From NCBI GenBank assembly GCA_965224415.1, contig CBDCZB010000004.1, positions 801,660 through 865,659 of the forward strand: 64,000 nt of DNA, in the 5' to 3' direction. Of this stretch, positions 16,079 to 25,780 are shown one piece after another. The position numbers were made by a program, and so were the translations under genes. Below the pieces are notes generated by a model, which worked only from the letters and a program-made list of their open reading frames with translations, did not search any database and was not told the origin of the DNA. Origin of the DNA: Dehalococcoidia bacterium. Lineage in GTDB: Bacteria > Chloroflexota > Dehalococcoidia > Lucifugimonadales > JAGWBF01. Numbering within the stretch: the first letter of the stretch is position 1; each line of letters opens with the position of its first letter.

Positions 16079-17275
16079 TAGTACGTGAGCCCAGACAGGA
16101 TGCTACCTTGGGGATAGACGAAGGGTTGTGGGATGTGAGGTGGTCATGGTGCAGGAGAAGTACGGAGTCCGGCTGGCAACACAGGAAAAGGGACGGCTCA
16201 GGAAGATGATCAGGGCTGGGAGGAGTTCCGCACAGGCGATTACCCGGGCCCGCATCCTGATCAAGATAGATGAGGGCTGGACCGCCCCCCAGGTGGCCAC
16301 CGCACTGGACGTGTCGGAGCGGACCGTGTTCCGCACCAAGCGGCGGTATGCCGAGGAAGGACTGGACGAGGTGCTGAGGCACCATAACCAGGTCAACCGG
16401 CCCAGAAAGGTGGATGAAAGGGTGGAGGCCCACCTGATAGCCTTGGCCTGCAGCCCGGTGCCCGACGGTCATGACCACTGGACCATGCGGGCCCTGGCGG
16501 GCAAGGTGGTGGAGTTGGGATTGGTGGAGTCTTTATCTCCCGAGACGGTCCGCCTGCGGCTAAAAAAAACACGCTCAAGCCGTGGCTCAAGAAACAATGG
16601 TGCATCCCCAAGGTAGGTGGAGAGTTCGTGGCGGCCATGGAGGACGTGCTGGATCTCTACGCCGAGCCCTACGATCCGCAGAGGCCGGTGGTCTGCTTTG
16701 ACGAGACCTCCACCCAGTTGCTGGCCGACGTGAGGGAACCGCTGCCGGCAAAGCCTGGGAGGCCGAGGCGTGAGGACTACAAATACCAGCGGGGAGGGAC
16801 GCGCAACCTGTTCCTCACCTGTGAGCCTCGCCGGGGCTGGCGCCACGTGGCGATAACCCGGCAACGCACCATGCAGGACTTCGCTCAGCAGATGCGGTGG
16901 CTGGTGGATGAGGCCTACCCCGATGTCCCGGTGATTCGGCTGGTTCTCGACAATCTGAACACGCATCGGATGGCCTCGCTTTACGAGACTTTCCCGGCGG
17001 CCGAGGCCCGGCGCATCGCCAAGCGGCTGGAGTTGCACCACACTCCCAAGCACGGAAGCTGGCTGAATATGGCGGAGATCGAGTTCAGCGTGCTGGCCCG
17101 GGCCTGCCTGCGCGGACGCAACGGAGATGAGGACAGCCTGGAAAGAGCCGTCAGCGCCTGCGTGTCAGAGCGGAACGCGATAGGAGCTACCATTAACTGG
17201 CGGTTCACTGCCCAAGACGCCAGACGCAAACTCCATCGCCTCTATCCCTGCCAATCCTGATTTGGTTCAGTACTA
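16079..17275 (+). mobile_element. IS630-family insertion sequence, copy 1
   Basis: Imperfect terminal IRs TAGTACGTGAGCCCAGACAGG / CCTGATTTGGTTCAGTACTA with TA at both junctions (IS630 targets TA). Two-ORF transposase. Confidence 0.85.
16128..17260 (+). CDS. IS630-family transposase (HTH + DDE_3, -1 frameshift on an A8 run)
   Basis: ORF1 carries the HTH/winged-helix part. A shift on A8 (16562..16569) gives LKKNTLKPWLKKQWCIPK...MEDVLDLYAEPYD, continuing into the DDE part (VVCFDETS, LDNLNTH, WLNMAEIEF). Confidence 0.85.
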
Positions 17276-17301
17276 GCGCCAACAACGACCTCGCCGACTT
17301 G

Positions 17302-20136
17302 ATGCGGCCCATCCTCCCGGCCTGGGACGTGAGGTCGGAGAACACCCAGGTCATCAGCGGACGGCCCGGTCTCCAACCCGACATCCTGATTACGGCTCAG
17401 GGCCGTTCACCAGTTGTGATAGAAGCGGAATACATGCCTGCCCATACAGCGGAGGCGGAAGCCAAGTCCCGCCTAGGCCTGTCCGTCACGGTCCATCCCC
17501 GTTCCATAGAGGGAACCATCGCCCTACGCTACCCAGAGGAAGTCAGCGACGCCGACGACCTCCAGGCCGCCCTCAACAGCGCCCGTCTCTCCTACTGCGT
17601 TTTTACGGTAGACAAGTACAGTCGGACCCCGACGCCGGAAATCCAAAGCATTGCACGGTTTCCCGAGTCGGGGTGGCTCGAAGGTACTGTAGTTGACCTG
17701 GCCGACATCATCCGCCTGGTGTCTATCCCCCAACTGGCTGTGGACAGGGCGGCTGACGCCTTGGAGGGCGGCATTGAACGGGCGGCGGTGGAGCTGGACG
17801 AGTTGGCCAAGTCGCGGCCCGGCGTCACCGCCGCGATCGCTCGACTGTTGGGTATGGGCAACGTGCCCCAGACCCGCCGCATGGCCGGCGCCATCATTGC
17901 CAACGCCCTTGTGTTTCACGAGCGCATCGCCGGAATGCACGAGGGAATAAAACCGCCGCGGATGGTGTGTGGGCCTGACGTCGCCAATCCCCAGAACGAG
18001 ACACTGGTTGCATGGACCGAAATCCTGGAAGTCAACTACTGGCCCATTTTCGCCATCGGCAAGGACATTCTCCAACAGCTTCCGGCGGCCAGCGCCGCCA
18101 ACATCCTTAGGACAGTTCAGTACACGGTTGGTGAAGTGAACGCGGCAGGCATCAACAACGCCCACGACCTGACCGGACGCATCTTCCAGCGGCTCATCGC
18201 TGACCGCAAGTATTTGGCCACCTTCTACACCCTGCCCGCCTCGGCTGCGCTGCTGGCCCGGCTGGCGGTGTCCAAAATCAAGGGTGTGGACTGGAGCGAC
18301 GCAGAGGCCATAGGCAAGCTGCGGATTGCCGACTTCGCGTGCGGCACAGGCGCCCTTCTTGCCGCAGTCTACGAGCAGATAGCCACCCTCTACGAACGCG
18401 CCGGAGGCGACCCGGCGAAACTGCATCAGGTGATGATGGAAGAGGCGCTCTTCGGCTGCGATGTGATGCCCTCGGCAATCCACATCACAGGCTCAACCCT
18501 GTCGGGGGGCCAGCCGGCAGTACAATTCTTTCGATCCCGGCTCTACACCCTTCCCTACGGACGACAGCGGGACCTCAGCGTCTCCGTCGGCTCTCTGGAG
18601 CTGTTGCAGTCCTCGGCGACGGGGGTCTTGTTCAACAGCAGCGACCCTGCCTTACGCACCAGCAGCATCGGTGAGGAGACCGCCGCCTACGTCATCGCAG
18701 ACGTTCCCGACGAGGGCTTCGACCTGGTGATAATGAACCCTCCGTTCACCAGCAACACCAAACACAGGGATGCCGACGAGGGGATTCTAAATGCCGCTTT
18801 TGCCGCCTTTGATACCACTGAAGAAGACCAGTCCAGAATGGCGAATCGTCTTAAGCAGCTTGCCGCGGACACTTGTTACCACGGCCATGCCGGGGAGAGT
18901 TCTGTATTCGCGGCCCTCGCCGACAAGAAACTACGCCCCAACGGCGTTATCGCGTTGGTGCTGCCCTTCACGGCAATCAACGGAGCTTCGTGGTCGAGGT
19001 TCAGGGAACTTATTGCCACACAATATAACGACGTTACGATTGTAAGCATCGCGGCCAATGGACACGACATGTCCTTTTCATCGGACACCGGTATGGCAGA
19101 GTGTCTTATCATAGGCCGCAAAATAGGCCCGACTGAAAAGCCTGTCTACCGCGGGAACTTCGTTTCTTTACAAGACAGGCCGTCAAATTTTGCCGATGCT
19201 CAAGAACTTTCAAAGGCCTTTCTGTCTGCCGTGGAAACACGTCGCTTGGAAGACGGGCCTTATGGAGGCATACCCATCTATAGCGGAGACGCCTTGGCAG
19301 GAGAGTTGCTGGACGCTCCCATCGACAGGTACGACGCCGGATGGAGCGCCGCCCGAATTCGGGACGCCTCAGTAGCCCAGACCGCGTATTCGCTGTATTC
19401 CGGAAAGCTTTGGCTGCCTGCGGAACCGGTAGCCCATGCCATGCCTGTAGCGCAGTTGAGCCAGGTCGGGCAGCGGGGACTGGATTCTCAGTTATTCATT
19501 AGCTCTGCCCACAAAGGTCCCTTCACCAAGGCGCCGCCCAGCCCCACCGCCACCTATCCCGCACTGTGGAACCACGACGCCAAGAATGAAACGCGAATGG
19601 TCTGTGCCCCTGACTCTCAATTGTTGGTCAGGCCCGGAATGGAGGCCAAGTCCGCCGAGGTCTGGACTACCGCCAGCCGCATCCATATCAACCGTGATTT
19701 CACTTTCGGTTCACAGACTCTCGCTATTGCATTTACTGAACTAAGGTCTATAGGTGGCCGAGTATGGCCCAACGTGATTTTCAGCGACGACAGATTCGAG
19801 TACGCCTTTATGATATGGGGAAACAGCACGTTAGGGCTCCTGAGCTACTGGTGGCACGCCAGCCGGCAGCAATCGAGTAAGGCTGGAATGACCATCCGCT
19901 CAGCCGAATCCCTGCCCGTGTTGGACCTTCGCGCCTTGAGCGACGAACAGTTAGCGACGGCCAGGGAGATATTCGAGGAGTTCCGGGACAAGGAACTGAT
20001 GCCCGCCTACCTGACCGATGCCGACCCCAACCGTGCTCTGCTCGACCGCCGGGTGGTCTGCGACCTGCTGGGTTTCGATGAAAGCGTCTATGAAGGCGTC
20101 AGGCGGCTGGCCGCCAAGTGGTGCGCCGAACCGTGA
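17302..20136 (+). CDS. Large N6-adenine DNA methyltransferase-domain fusion protein (possible type IIG/IIL-like RM enzyme)
   Basis: Motif I RIADFACGTGALL and motif IV DLVIMNPPFTSN in gamma-class order. ~330-aa N-terminal region with a nuclease-like PDILI...VVIEAEY segment (catalytic Lys not evident). ~400-aa C-terminal region that could be a target-recognition domain. No separate REase or S gene alongside. Confidence 0.6.
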   Translation: MRPILPAWDVRSENTQVISGRPGLQPDILITAQGRSPVVIEAEYMPAHTAEAEAKSRLGLSVTVHPRSIEGTIALRYPEEVSDADDLQAALNSARLSYCVFTVDKYSRTPTPEIQSIARFPESGWLEGTVVDLADIIRLVSIPQLAVDRAADALEGGIERAAVELDELAKSRPGVTAAIARLLGMGNVPQTRRMAGAIIANALVFHERIAGMHEGIKPPRMVCGPDVANPQNETLVAWTEILEVNYWPIFAIGKDILQQLPAASAANILRTVQYTVGEVNAAGINNAHDLTGRIFQRLIADRKYLATFYTLPASAALLARLAVSKIKGVDWSDAEAIGKLRIADFACGTGALLAAVYEQIATLYERAGGDPAKLHQVMMEEALFGCDVMPSAIHITGSTLSGGQPAVQFFRSRLYTLPYGRQRDLSVSVGSLELLQSSATGVLFNSSDPALRTSSIGEETAAYVIADVPDEGFDLVIMNPPFTSNTKHRDADEGILNAAFAAFDTTEEDQSRMANRLKQLAADTCYHGHAGESSVFAALADKKLRPNGVIALVLPFTAINGASWSRFRELIATQYNDVTIVSIAANGHDMSFSSDTGMAECLIIGRKIGPTEKPVYRGNFVSLQDRPSNFADAQELSKAFLSAVETRRLEDGPYGGIPIYSGDALAGELLDAPIDRYDAGWSAARIRDASVAQTAYSLYSGKLWLPAEPVAHAMPVAQLSQVGQRGLDSQLFISSAHKGPFTKAPPSPTATYPALWNHDAKNETRMVCAPDSQLLVRPGMEAKSAEVWTTASRIHINRDFTFGSQTLAIAFTELRSIGGRVWPNVIFSDDRFEYAFMIWGNSTLGLLSYWWHASRQQSSKAGMTIRSAESLPVLDLRALSDEQLATAREIFEEFRDKELMPAYLTDADPNRALLDRRVVCDLLGFDESVYEGVRRLAAKWCAEP

Positions 20137-20462
20137 GTCCACGGCGGCAAGGCCCGGCCGAGCGACGCTAAACTGATTGTTTAATCTCGGCAAAATCTTC
20201 CATAGGCATAAGGGCATTGTTCAACAAGTCTCTGTGGATTCGTGATGACGTAATTCGGTTCGAGACCAACTGCGAACCATGTGGCCATCCGATTTTTGTC
20301 TCCAGGCCCGATATCGTATCCATGAGTGTGACTCTGGGCGCGTAAAATCGCTTCGCGTCCAGCGAAAATATCCCTGACCGTCGGGGATTCCCCACCTCTT
20401 GTTCATTCTGGTATACTGTGCCCGACTCGTTCCCCCAATCGAGGTTTAACAAGGAGAAAAGC

Positions 20463-21656
20463 ATGGTTGATCAGCTACAACGGCCTGTTGACAAGGTTGA
20501 AGTCTACTTCTTCACCGAGCAGCCCAACGGATATGTTAGGGAAGAGGACCTGGAGAAGTTTCAGGGAACGCGGATGATGTTCCCCAACACCTACTTCGAC
20601 CCGGAGAAGGCCCACGTCCTCTACAACCAGTACCACGAACAGTACGCCCTCGTGGATGAGGTGGGATTCGACGGCATCATGTCCAACGAGCACCACACCG
20701 CCTACTGGTGCATGAAGCCGGCGATAAACCTGGACGGCGCCGTCCTCACCAAGGTGACCAAGAACGTAAAGATTGCCCTGCTCGGCAACGTCATAGGCCT
20801 GAACGACCCTGTGAAGCTGGCGGAAGAGATCGCCATGTTGGACTGCTACTCCGGCGGCCGCATCATTTCCGGCTTCGTCCGGGGCAGCGCCATCGAGACA
20901 ATCCAGTCGGGCAACTCTCCCACCGAGAACCGCGGGCGGTTTGAAGAGGCCCACGACCTGATTCTCAAGTGCTGGACTCAGCCCGGCCCCTTCCGCTTTG
21001 AAGGCGAATACTACCACCGCCGGATGGTCAACCCCTGGGTGCTTCCCATGCAAAAGCCCCACCCGGACATCTGGTTCCCCGGCACCGGCAGCCCCTCCAG
21101 CGTCATCTGGGCCGCCGAGCACGGCTACCCCTACCTGAACCTACAGGTCATCAAGGGTCAGACCGAGTGGTTGAAGGAGATATACATCGACACGGCCAAG
21201 GAAGCTGGCTACGTTCCCGGCCCCGGGAACTTTGGCGGCAACGTCATGGTCGTCTGCGCCGACACGGACGAAGAAGCCTACGAAATCGGAAAGACCTTCA
21301 TGTGGAACGCTGACCACCGCTTCAAGGGTCCCCAGGAGCACAACGACCCTCCAGGATACCGTTCTAGGGCCGACACAGCAGTGGTCCGGCAGATTCCAGC
21401 AGGGGTCGGCACCCGGTTTGGACAGCAGTACCGCACCTACGACGACCTCCAGGAAGCCAACAGCATAGTGGTCGGAAACCCGGACACAGTGACTAAGAAG
21501 CTGACGGAGATTCTGGAAGGGCTGGCTCCGGGCTACCTGATATGCTACGGCAACGAAGGGGACATGCCCCACGACAAGGTGATGCGATCACTCCAGCTTA
21601 TCGGGACCGAGGTCATACCCGCCCTCAAAGAAATCAAGTTAAAGCCCTACGAATAG
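20463..21656 (+). CDS. LLM-class flavin-dependent oxidoreductase (paralogue 2)
   Basis: AAGGAG RBS and ATG 20463 (MVDQLQRP...). Collinear with 14356..15549 to the last residues (EIKLKPYE*). Confidence 0.85.
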   Translation: MVDQLQRPVDKVEVYFFTEQPNGYVREEDLEKFQGTRMMFPNTYFDPEKAHVLYNQYHEQYALVDEVGFDGIMSNEHHTAYWCMKPAINLDGAVLTKVTKNVKIALLGNVIGLNDPVKLAEEIAMLDCYSGGRIISGFVRGSAIETIQSGNSPTENRGRFEEAHDLILKCWTQPGPFRFEGEYYHRRMVNPWVLPMQKPHPDIWFPGTGSPSSVIWAAEHGYPYLNLQVIKGQTEWLKEIYIDTAKEAGYVPGPGNFGGNVMVVCADTDEEAYEIGKTFMWNADHRFKGPQEHNDPPGYRSRADTAVVRQIPAGVGTRFGQQYRTYDDLQEANSIVVGNPDTVTKKLTEILEGLAPGYLICYGNEGDMPHDKVMRSLQLIGTEVIPALKEIKLKPYE

Positions 21657-21753
21657 CCCAGGGCAGCTTAGGTTGACGCTTGGAAGGGGCCGCTATATAA
21701 TGCCAATTCGCAGAGCGGCCCCTTACCTTTTTCAATCATTGCCAGGTTGTGCC

Positions 21754-22281
21754 ATGCCGAAAACCCCAGAGGGGTTCCTGGAAGAAGCCCAGGAACTCAT
21801 AGGCGCCGAAACGGAACTCTCGCATTACCCCTACCCCGTGGAATACGACTCCATGCGGCGCTACTGCCACATGACCGAAGACCCCAACCCGCTCTTCATG
21901 GACCCGGAATACGCCCGCGCCGCAGGATACCGCGACGCCGTATGCCCTCCGACCATGGTGGAGTATTTCGTCAAGGACAACCTGTGGCCCCCGTCCTCCA
22001 AGCCTGCGTCGGCCCTCCCCAGGGTGGTCACTCCGGGCGAACGGAACATCAATCTCACCCGCGAGTTGGAGTTCTATAAGCCCATCGTGGCAGGAGACAG
22101 AATATCCTACAAGCGGCGCATCGCCGAAATTTACATCAAGCCCATCCGGTTGGACGCCAAGGCTTTCTGGACCAAGATAGAGACCCTCATATACAACCAG
22201 GACGGAGACCTCGTGGCAAAGATGACCAACCTGGGCCTCCGCCACCGGACGCCGGAGCAGATAGCCGAGGCGGGAGAATAG
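21754..22281 (+). CDS. MaoC-like dehydratase, N-terminal-type subunit (FAS1-like hot-dog)
   Basis: YPVEYDSMRRYCHMTEDPNPLFMDPEYARAAGYRD is typical of the MaoC_dehydrat_N type hot-dog. Adjacent to a second hot-dog gene. Confidence 0.7.
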   Translation: MPKTPEGFLEEAQELIGAETELSHYPYPVEYDSMRRYCHMTEDPNPLFMDPEYARAAGYRDAVCPPTMVEYFVKDNLWPPSSKPASALPRVVTPGERNINLTRELEFYKPIVAGDRISYKRRIAEIYIKPIRLDAKAFWTKIETLIYNQDGDLVAKMTNLGLRHRTPEQIAEAGE

Positions 22282-22283
22282 AC

Positions 22284-22718
22284 ATGACCAACGAACAAGT
22301 CTACTGGGACGACGTGAACGAGGGAGACGAAATCCCAGGCTATGCCCTGGAGATCGACCCTAACCGCATCGTCAAGCAGGTCAGCGGCTCCCAGGACTTC
22401 TATGAGGTCCACTACGACGTGCCCTTTGCCCAAAACGGAGGTCACCCCGACGTGTTCGTCAACACCGGGTTCATGCAGGGCTGCTTCAACCGGCTGATTT
22501 GCACCTGGATCGGAGATCAGGGGATGCTGCGCAAGTTCCGGATGGAAATGCGCAGGATGAACCGTCCGGGCGACGTCATGGCCCTAAAGGGAAAGGTGAC
22601 CAGGAAATACGAAGAGAACGGTGAGCATTTTTTGGAATGCGAACTCTGGGCCGAGAACCAGCGGGAAGGAATCACCACTCCCACTTACGCGCTGGTGACC
22701 CTGCCCGTAAAATCCTAG
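22284..22718 (+). CDS. MaoC-like (R)-hydratase hot-dog subunit
   Basis: 144-aa ORF with QDFYEVHYDVPFAQNGGHPDVFVNT (hydratase 2-like motif region). The gene starts 3 nt after the previous stop. Confidence 0.7.
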   Translation: MTNEQVYWDDVNEGDEIPGYALEIDPNRIVKQVSGSQDFYEVHYDVPFAQNGGHPDVFVNTGFMQGCFNRLICTWIGDQGMLRKFRMEMRRMNRPGDVMALKGKVTRKYEENGEHFLECELWAENQREGITTPTYALVTLPVKS

Positions 22719-22752
22719 AAGCCATCGGTCTTATTTCAGGAGGTCAAGCTAT

Positions 22753-23928
22753 ATGGCGGAGAATACCATCAACGGCAAGGTCGCCATCGTCGGGATCGGC
22801 GAAAGTGACTACTACAAGAGGGGCCAAAGCCCCTACGGCGAGTTCCACCTGTGTCTTCAGGCCATCATGGCCGCCGCAGAGGACGCCGGAATCGATCCTC
22901 GTGAGATAGACGGCTTCGCCTCTTACGCGAACGACCGCAACGACCCAATCCGCATATCCACCGCGCTGGGGTCGCCCAAGGTGGGCTTCAACACCATGTT
23001 CTGGGGCGGCGGCGGCGGCGGCGGTTCGGGAGCCGTAGGCAACGCAGCGGCTGCCCTCGTCGCAGGGTACGCCAAGTACGTAGTGGCCTACAGAGGACTG
23101 GCCCAGGGTCAGTTCGGACGTTTCGGTCAGGCCCTTGCGGCCCGCCAGTCCAGGGTGATGGACCTCGCCGCCTACCAGGCGCCCTTCGGATGCATGTCCG
23201 CCGGGCAAACGCTGGCGGCGATGCAGGCCCAACGCCACATGCACGATTATGGAACAACCCAAGACCAGCTTGGTGCAATAGCGCTGGCATCCTACAAGCA
23301 CGCACAGACGAACCCCCGCGCCGTCATGTACGGCAGGCCGTTGACGATGGAGGCGTACCACGCCTCCCGCTGGATCGCCCAACCTCTCCATCTGTTCGAC
23401 TGCTGCCAGGAGACTGACGGCGCCGCCGCCGTGATTCTGACAACGGCCGAGCGGGCCAAGGACGTGAAACAGACGCCAGCTTACCTCATGGCCGCCGCCC
23501 AGGGCAGCGGCTTTCGATACGGCGCCGGCGCTATGAACCGCAGCATGGTCCACTCCAACCACGACGCTCTCTCTGACGCCCTCTGGGGAATGGCCGGAGT
23601 CGAGCCAAAGGACGTGGACGTGGCCCAGTTCTACGAGAACTTCACGCCCTTGGTGCTAATGTCCATAGAGGACTACGGGTTCTGCGAAAAGGGCGAAGGC
23701 GGGCCTTTCGTCGAGGGAGGCCGCGTTGAATGGCCCGACGGAGAGCTCCCCATAAACACCAGCGGCGGTAATCTTGCCGAAGCCTACACCCATGGATTCG
23801 AAATCATCACTGAAGCGGTGAGACAGGTGCGCGGAACTTCCACGGCCCAGGTGGAAGGCGCGGAGATATCCTTCGTAGCCAGCGGCCCGGGAGTCTCACC
23901 CCTCAGCTCTTTGATAGTGCGGAGGTAA
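22753..23928 (+). CDS. Thiolase-like / lipid-transfer (SCP-x, Ltp-type) protein
   Basis: VAIVGIGESDYYKRG N-terminus, DCCQETDGAAAVIL, NTSGGNLAEAYTHG. The thiolase fold lacks the classic biosynthetic-thiolase N-terminal Cys context, as in Ltp-type proteins. Confidence 0.75.
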   Translation: MAENTINGKVAIVGIGESDYYKRGQSPYGEFHLCLQAIMAAAEDAGIDPREIDGFASYANDRNDPIRISTALGSPKVGFNTMFWGGGGGGGSGAVGNAAAALVAGYAKYVVAYRGLAQGQFGRFGQALAARQSRVMDLAAYQAPFGCMSAGQTLAAMQAQRHMHDYGTTQDQLGAIALASYKHAQTNPRAVMYGRPLTMEAYHASRWIAQPLHLFDCCQETDGAAAVILTTAERAKDVKQTPAYLMAAAQGSGFRYGAGAMNRSMVHSNHDALSDALWGMAGVEPKDVDVAQFYENFTPLVLMSIEDYGFCEKGEGGPFVEGGRVEWPDGELPINTSGGNLAEAYTHGFEIITEAVRQVRGTSTAQVEGAEISFVASGPGVSPLSSLIVRR

Positions 23929-24372
23929 ATGATGGCCGACTACTACCTTCCGGAAGGAATGCCTCTTCCCGGTTGGATTCCCGACAGCGCCGACGCCGGC
24001 TTCTGGGAAGCCTGCAGGCGCCACGAGCTAGTGGTCCAGCAATGCTCGGACTGCAAGAACTTCCAACACACTCCGGAGATAATTTGCTATGCATGCCACT
24101 CCTTCAATTACGAATGGGTGAAAACCAGCGGCAAGGGAGTGGTGTACAGTTACATGAACAGCGAGTACCCGGTGCACCCCGCCCTCCGGGAGCGGGTGCC
24201 CTACAACGTGGCTCTGGTGGAAATCCCCGACGCGGGGAACGTCCGGATGGTTGGCAACATCGTGGACGCCGACTACGATGACATATACATCGGGATGCCC
24301 GTGGAGGTCTACTTCGAGGACCACACTGAGGAGGAAGTTACCCTTCCCCTCTGGAAACGGGCCGACAAATAG
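23929..24372 (+). CDS. DUF35 Zn-ribbon/OB-fold protein
   Basis: Zn-ribbon CSDCKNFQHTPEIICYAC followed by an OB-fold segment (GKGVVYSY...VALVEI). Start abuts the thiolase-like stop (TAAATG). Confidence 0.8.
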   Translation: MMADYYLPEGMPLPGWIPDSADAGFWEACRRHELVVQQCSDCKNFQHTPEIICYACHSFNYEWVKTSGKGVVYSYMNSEYPVHPALRERVPYNVALVEIPDAGNVRMVGNIVDADYDDIYIGMPVEVYFEDHTEEEVTLPLWKRADK

Positions 24373-24401
24373 CCCGTTCAACGTGAAATCCAGCATAACA
24401 G

Positions 24402-24438
24402 CCCCCTCTCCCAAAGGGAGAGGGTTGTGGTGAGGGTG
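24402..24438. repeat. GC-rich palindromic intergenic element, copy B
   Basis: CCCCCTCTCCC-aaa-GGGAGAGGG then TTGTGGTGAGGG. Same family as 11297..11367. Confidence 0.6.
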
Positions 24439-24458
24439 GAAAAGAAGGAGGCTGCCGA

Positions 24459-25646
24459 ATGGAGTTGCAATTCACCAAGGAACAGAACGCTTTCCGCCAG
24501 GAAATCCTTGATTTCCTGAAGCAGGAGTTGCCCACCAACTGGGAACCCATGGAGCAGGGCGAACACCACCACAAGGACAAGTTCGACTTCAGCCGGAACA
24601 TGGCCACCAAGCTGGCCAACAAGGGTTGGCTGACCATGCACTGGCCGTTGGAGTACGGCGGCCAGGGACGCTCCCACGTTGAGCAGATGATTTACCGGGA
24701 AGAAATCGCCTACAACGGCGTGCCCGGCACCGACCTGGGAGCCGGAGCCGTGGCGTGGGTGGGACCCACCCTTATTCTCTACGGCACTGACGAACAGAAG
24801 GAGGAGCACCTGCCCCCCATCACTAGGGCCGAGAGGTACTGGTGCACCTTCTACAGCGAGCCTGAGACGGGTTCGGACTTGGCGGGCTTGCAAACCAGCG
24901 CCGTGGAGGACGGCGACGATTTCGTGGTCAACGGTTCCAAGATATGGACCTCCGGAGCCCACATCGCCGACTGGGGCTGGCTGGCCGCCCGCACCGACCC
25001 TGACGCCCCCAAGCACCGGGGCATCAGCCTGATGCTGGTGGACATGAAGAGTCCAGGCATCACCGTCCGCCCGGTCATAAAAATGACCGGAGACCATGAG
25101 TTCAACCAGGTCTACTTCGACAACGTCCGCATCCCCAAGAAGAACCTGGTGGGTGAGCTGAACCGGGGCTGGTACACCCTGGCCGTGGCGCTGGACTTCG
25201 AGCGGTCGGGGATTTCCTACTCCGCAGTGGGAAAGAGGAACCTGGAGAACTTGGTGCAGTACACGCGGGAGACCACCCATAAGGGCGAACCGCTGGCCAA
25301 AGACCCCATCGTGCGCAACAAGCTGGTGGACACCGCCATCGAGATTCAGGTGTCCCGGTGGCTGTCCTACAGGGTGGGCTGGATGCAAGGCCAGGGCCTT
25401 GTCCCCAACTACGAGGCCTCCATGTCCAAGGTGTACGGCTCGGAGCTCCAGCAGCGCCTCGCCAACCGCGGCCTCGAGATACTGGGCCAGTACGGCCCCC
25501 TGTGGAAGGACTCAAAGTGGGCGCGGCTCAACGGAACCTTCTCCAGAGCCGCGTTGGACCAGTACTCCGCCACCATCGGCGCCGGCACGTCGGAAATCCA
25601 GCGCAACATCATCGCCCGCAGGGGTCTGGGCCTGCCCAGAGACTAA
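24459..25646 (+). CDS. Acyl-CoA dehydrogenase family protein (tandem paralogue 1 of 3)
   Basis: 395 aa with YSEPETGSDLAGL, GSKIWTSGAH and a C-terminal GAGTSEIQRNIIA. AAGGAGG RBS. Confidence 0.85.
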   Translation: MELQFTKEQNAFRQEILDFLKQELPTNWEPMEQGEHHHKDKFDFSRNMATKLANKGWLTMHWPLEYGGQGRSHVEQMIYREEIAYNGVPGTDLGAGAVAWVGPTLILYGTDEQKEEHLPPITRAERYWCTFYSEPETGSDLAGLQTSAVEDGDDFVVNGSKIWTSGAHIADWGWLAARTDPDAPKHRGISLMLVDMKSPGITVRPVIKMTGDHEFNQVYFDNVRIPKKNLVGELNRGWYTLAVALDFERSGISYSAVGKRNLENLVQYTRETTHKGEPLAKDPIVRNKLVDTAIEIQVSRWLSYRVGWMQGQGLVPNYEASMSKVYGSELQQRLANRGLEILGQYGPLWKDSKWARLNGTFSRAALDQYSATIGAGTSEIQRNIIARRGLGLPRD

Positions 25647-25780
25647 CCTCCAGCCGTAATACTGGCATACAGAGAGGGAGCGGAATGTCCGCTCCCCTCT
25701 TCAATATTCCCCTCATTGACCGCCACGGCTTCGCTGAATAGACTTAGCGCCATGCCCAGCGACGCCCAGGAGCGTGTCTC

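Noticed and set aside
17524-18483. 319-aa minus-strand ORF inside the methyltransferase gene
   Set aside because: Antisense shadow ORF of a gene that has clear MTase motifs on the plus strand. No recognisable domain.
20134-20136. TGA stop of the 945-aa methyltransferase followed by 15 more in-frame sense codons (VHGGKARPSDAKLIV*), considered as a second Sec site
   Set aside because: There is no Cys/redox-motif context, I could find no convincing hairpin right after it, and the extension is short and AT-rich. An ordinary stop is the simpler reading.
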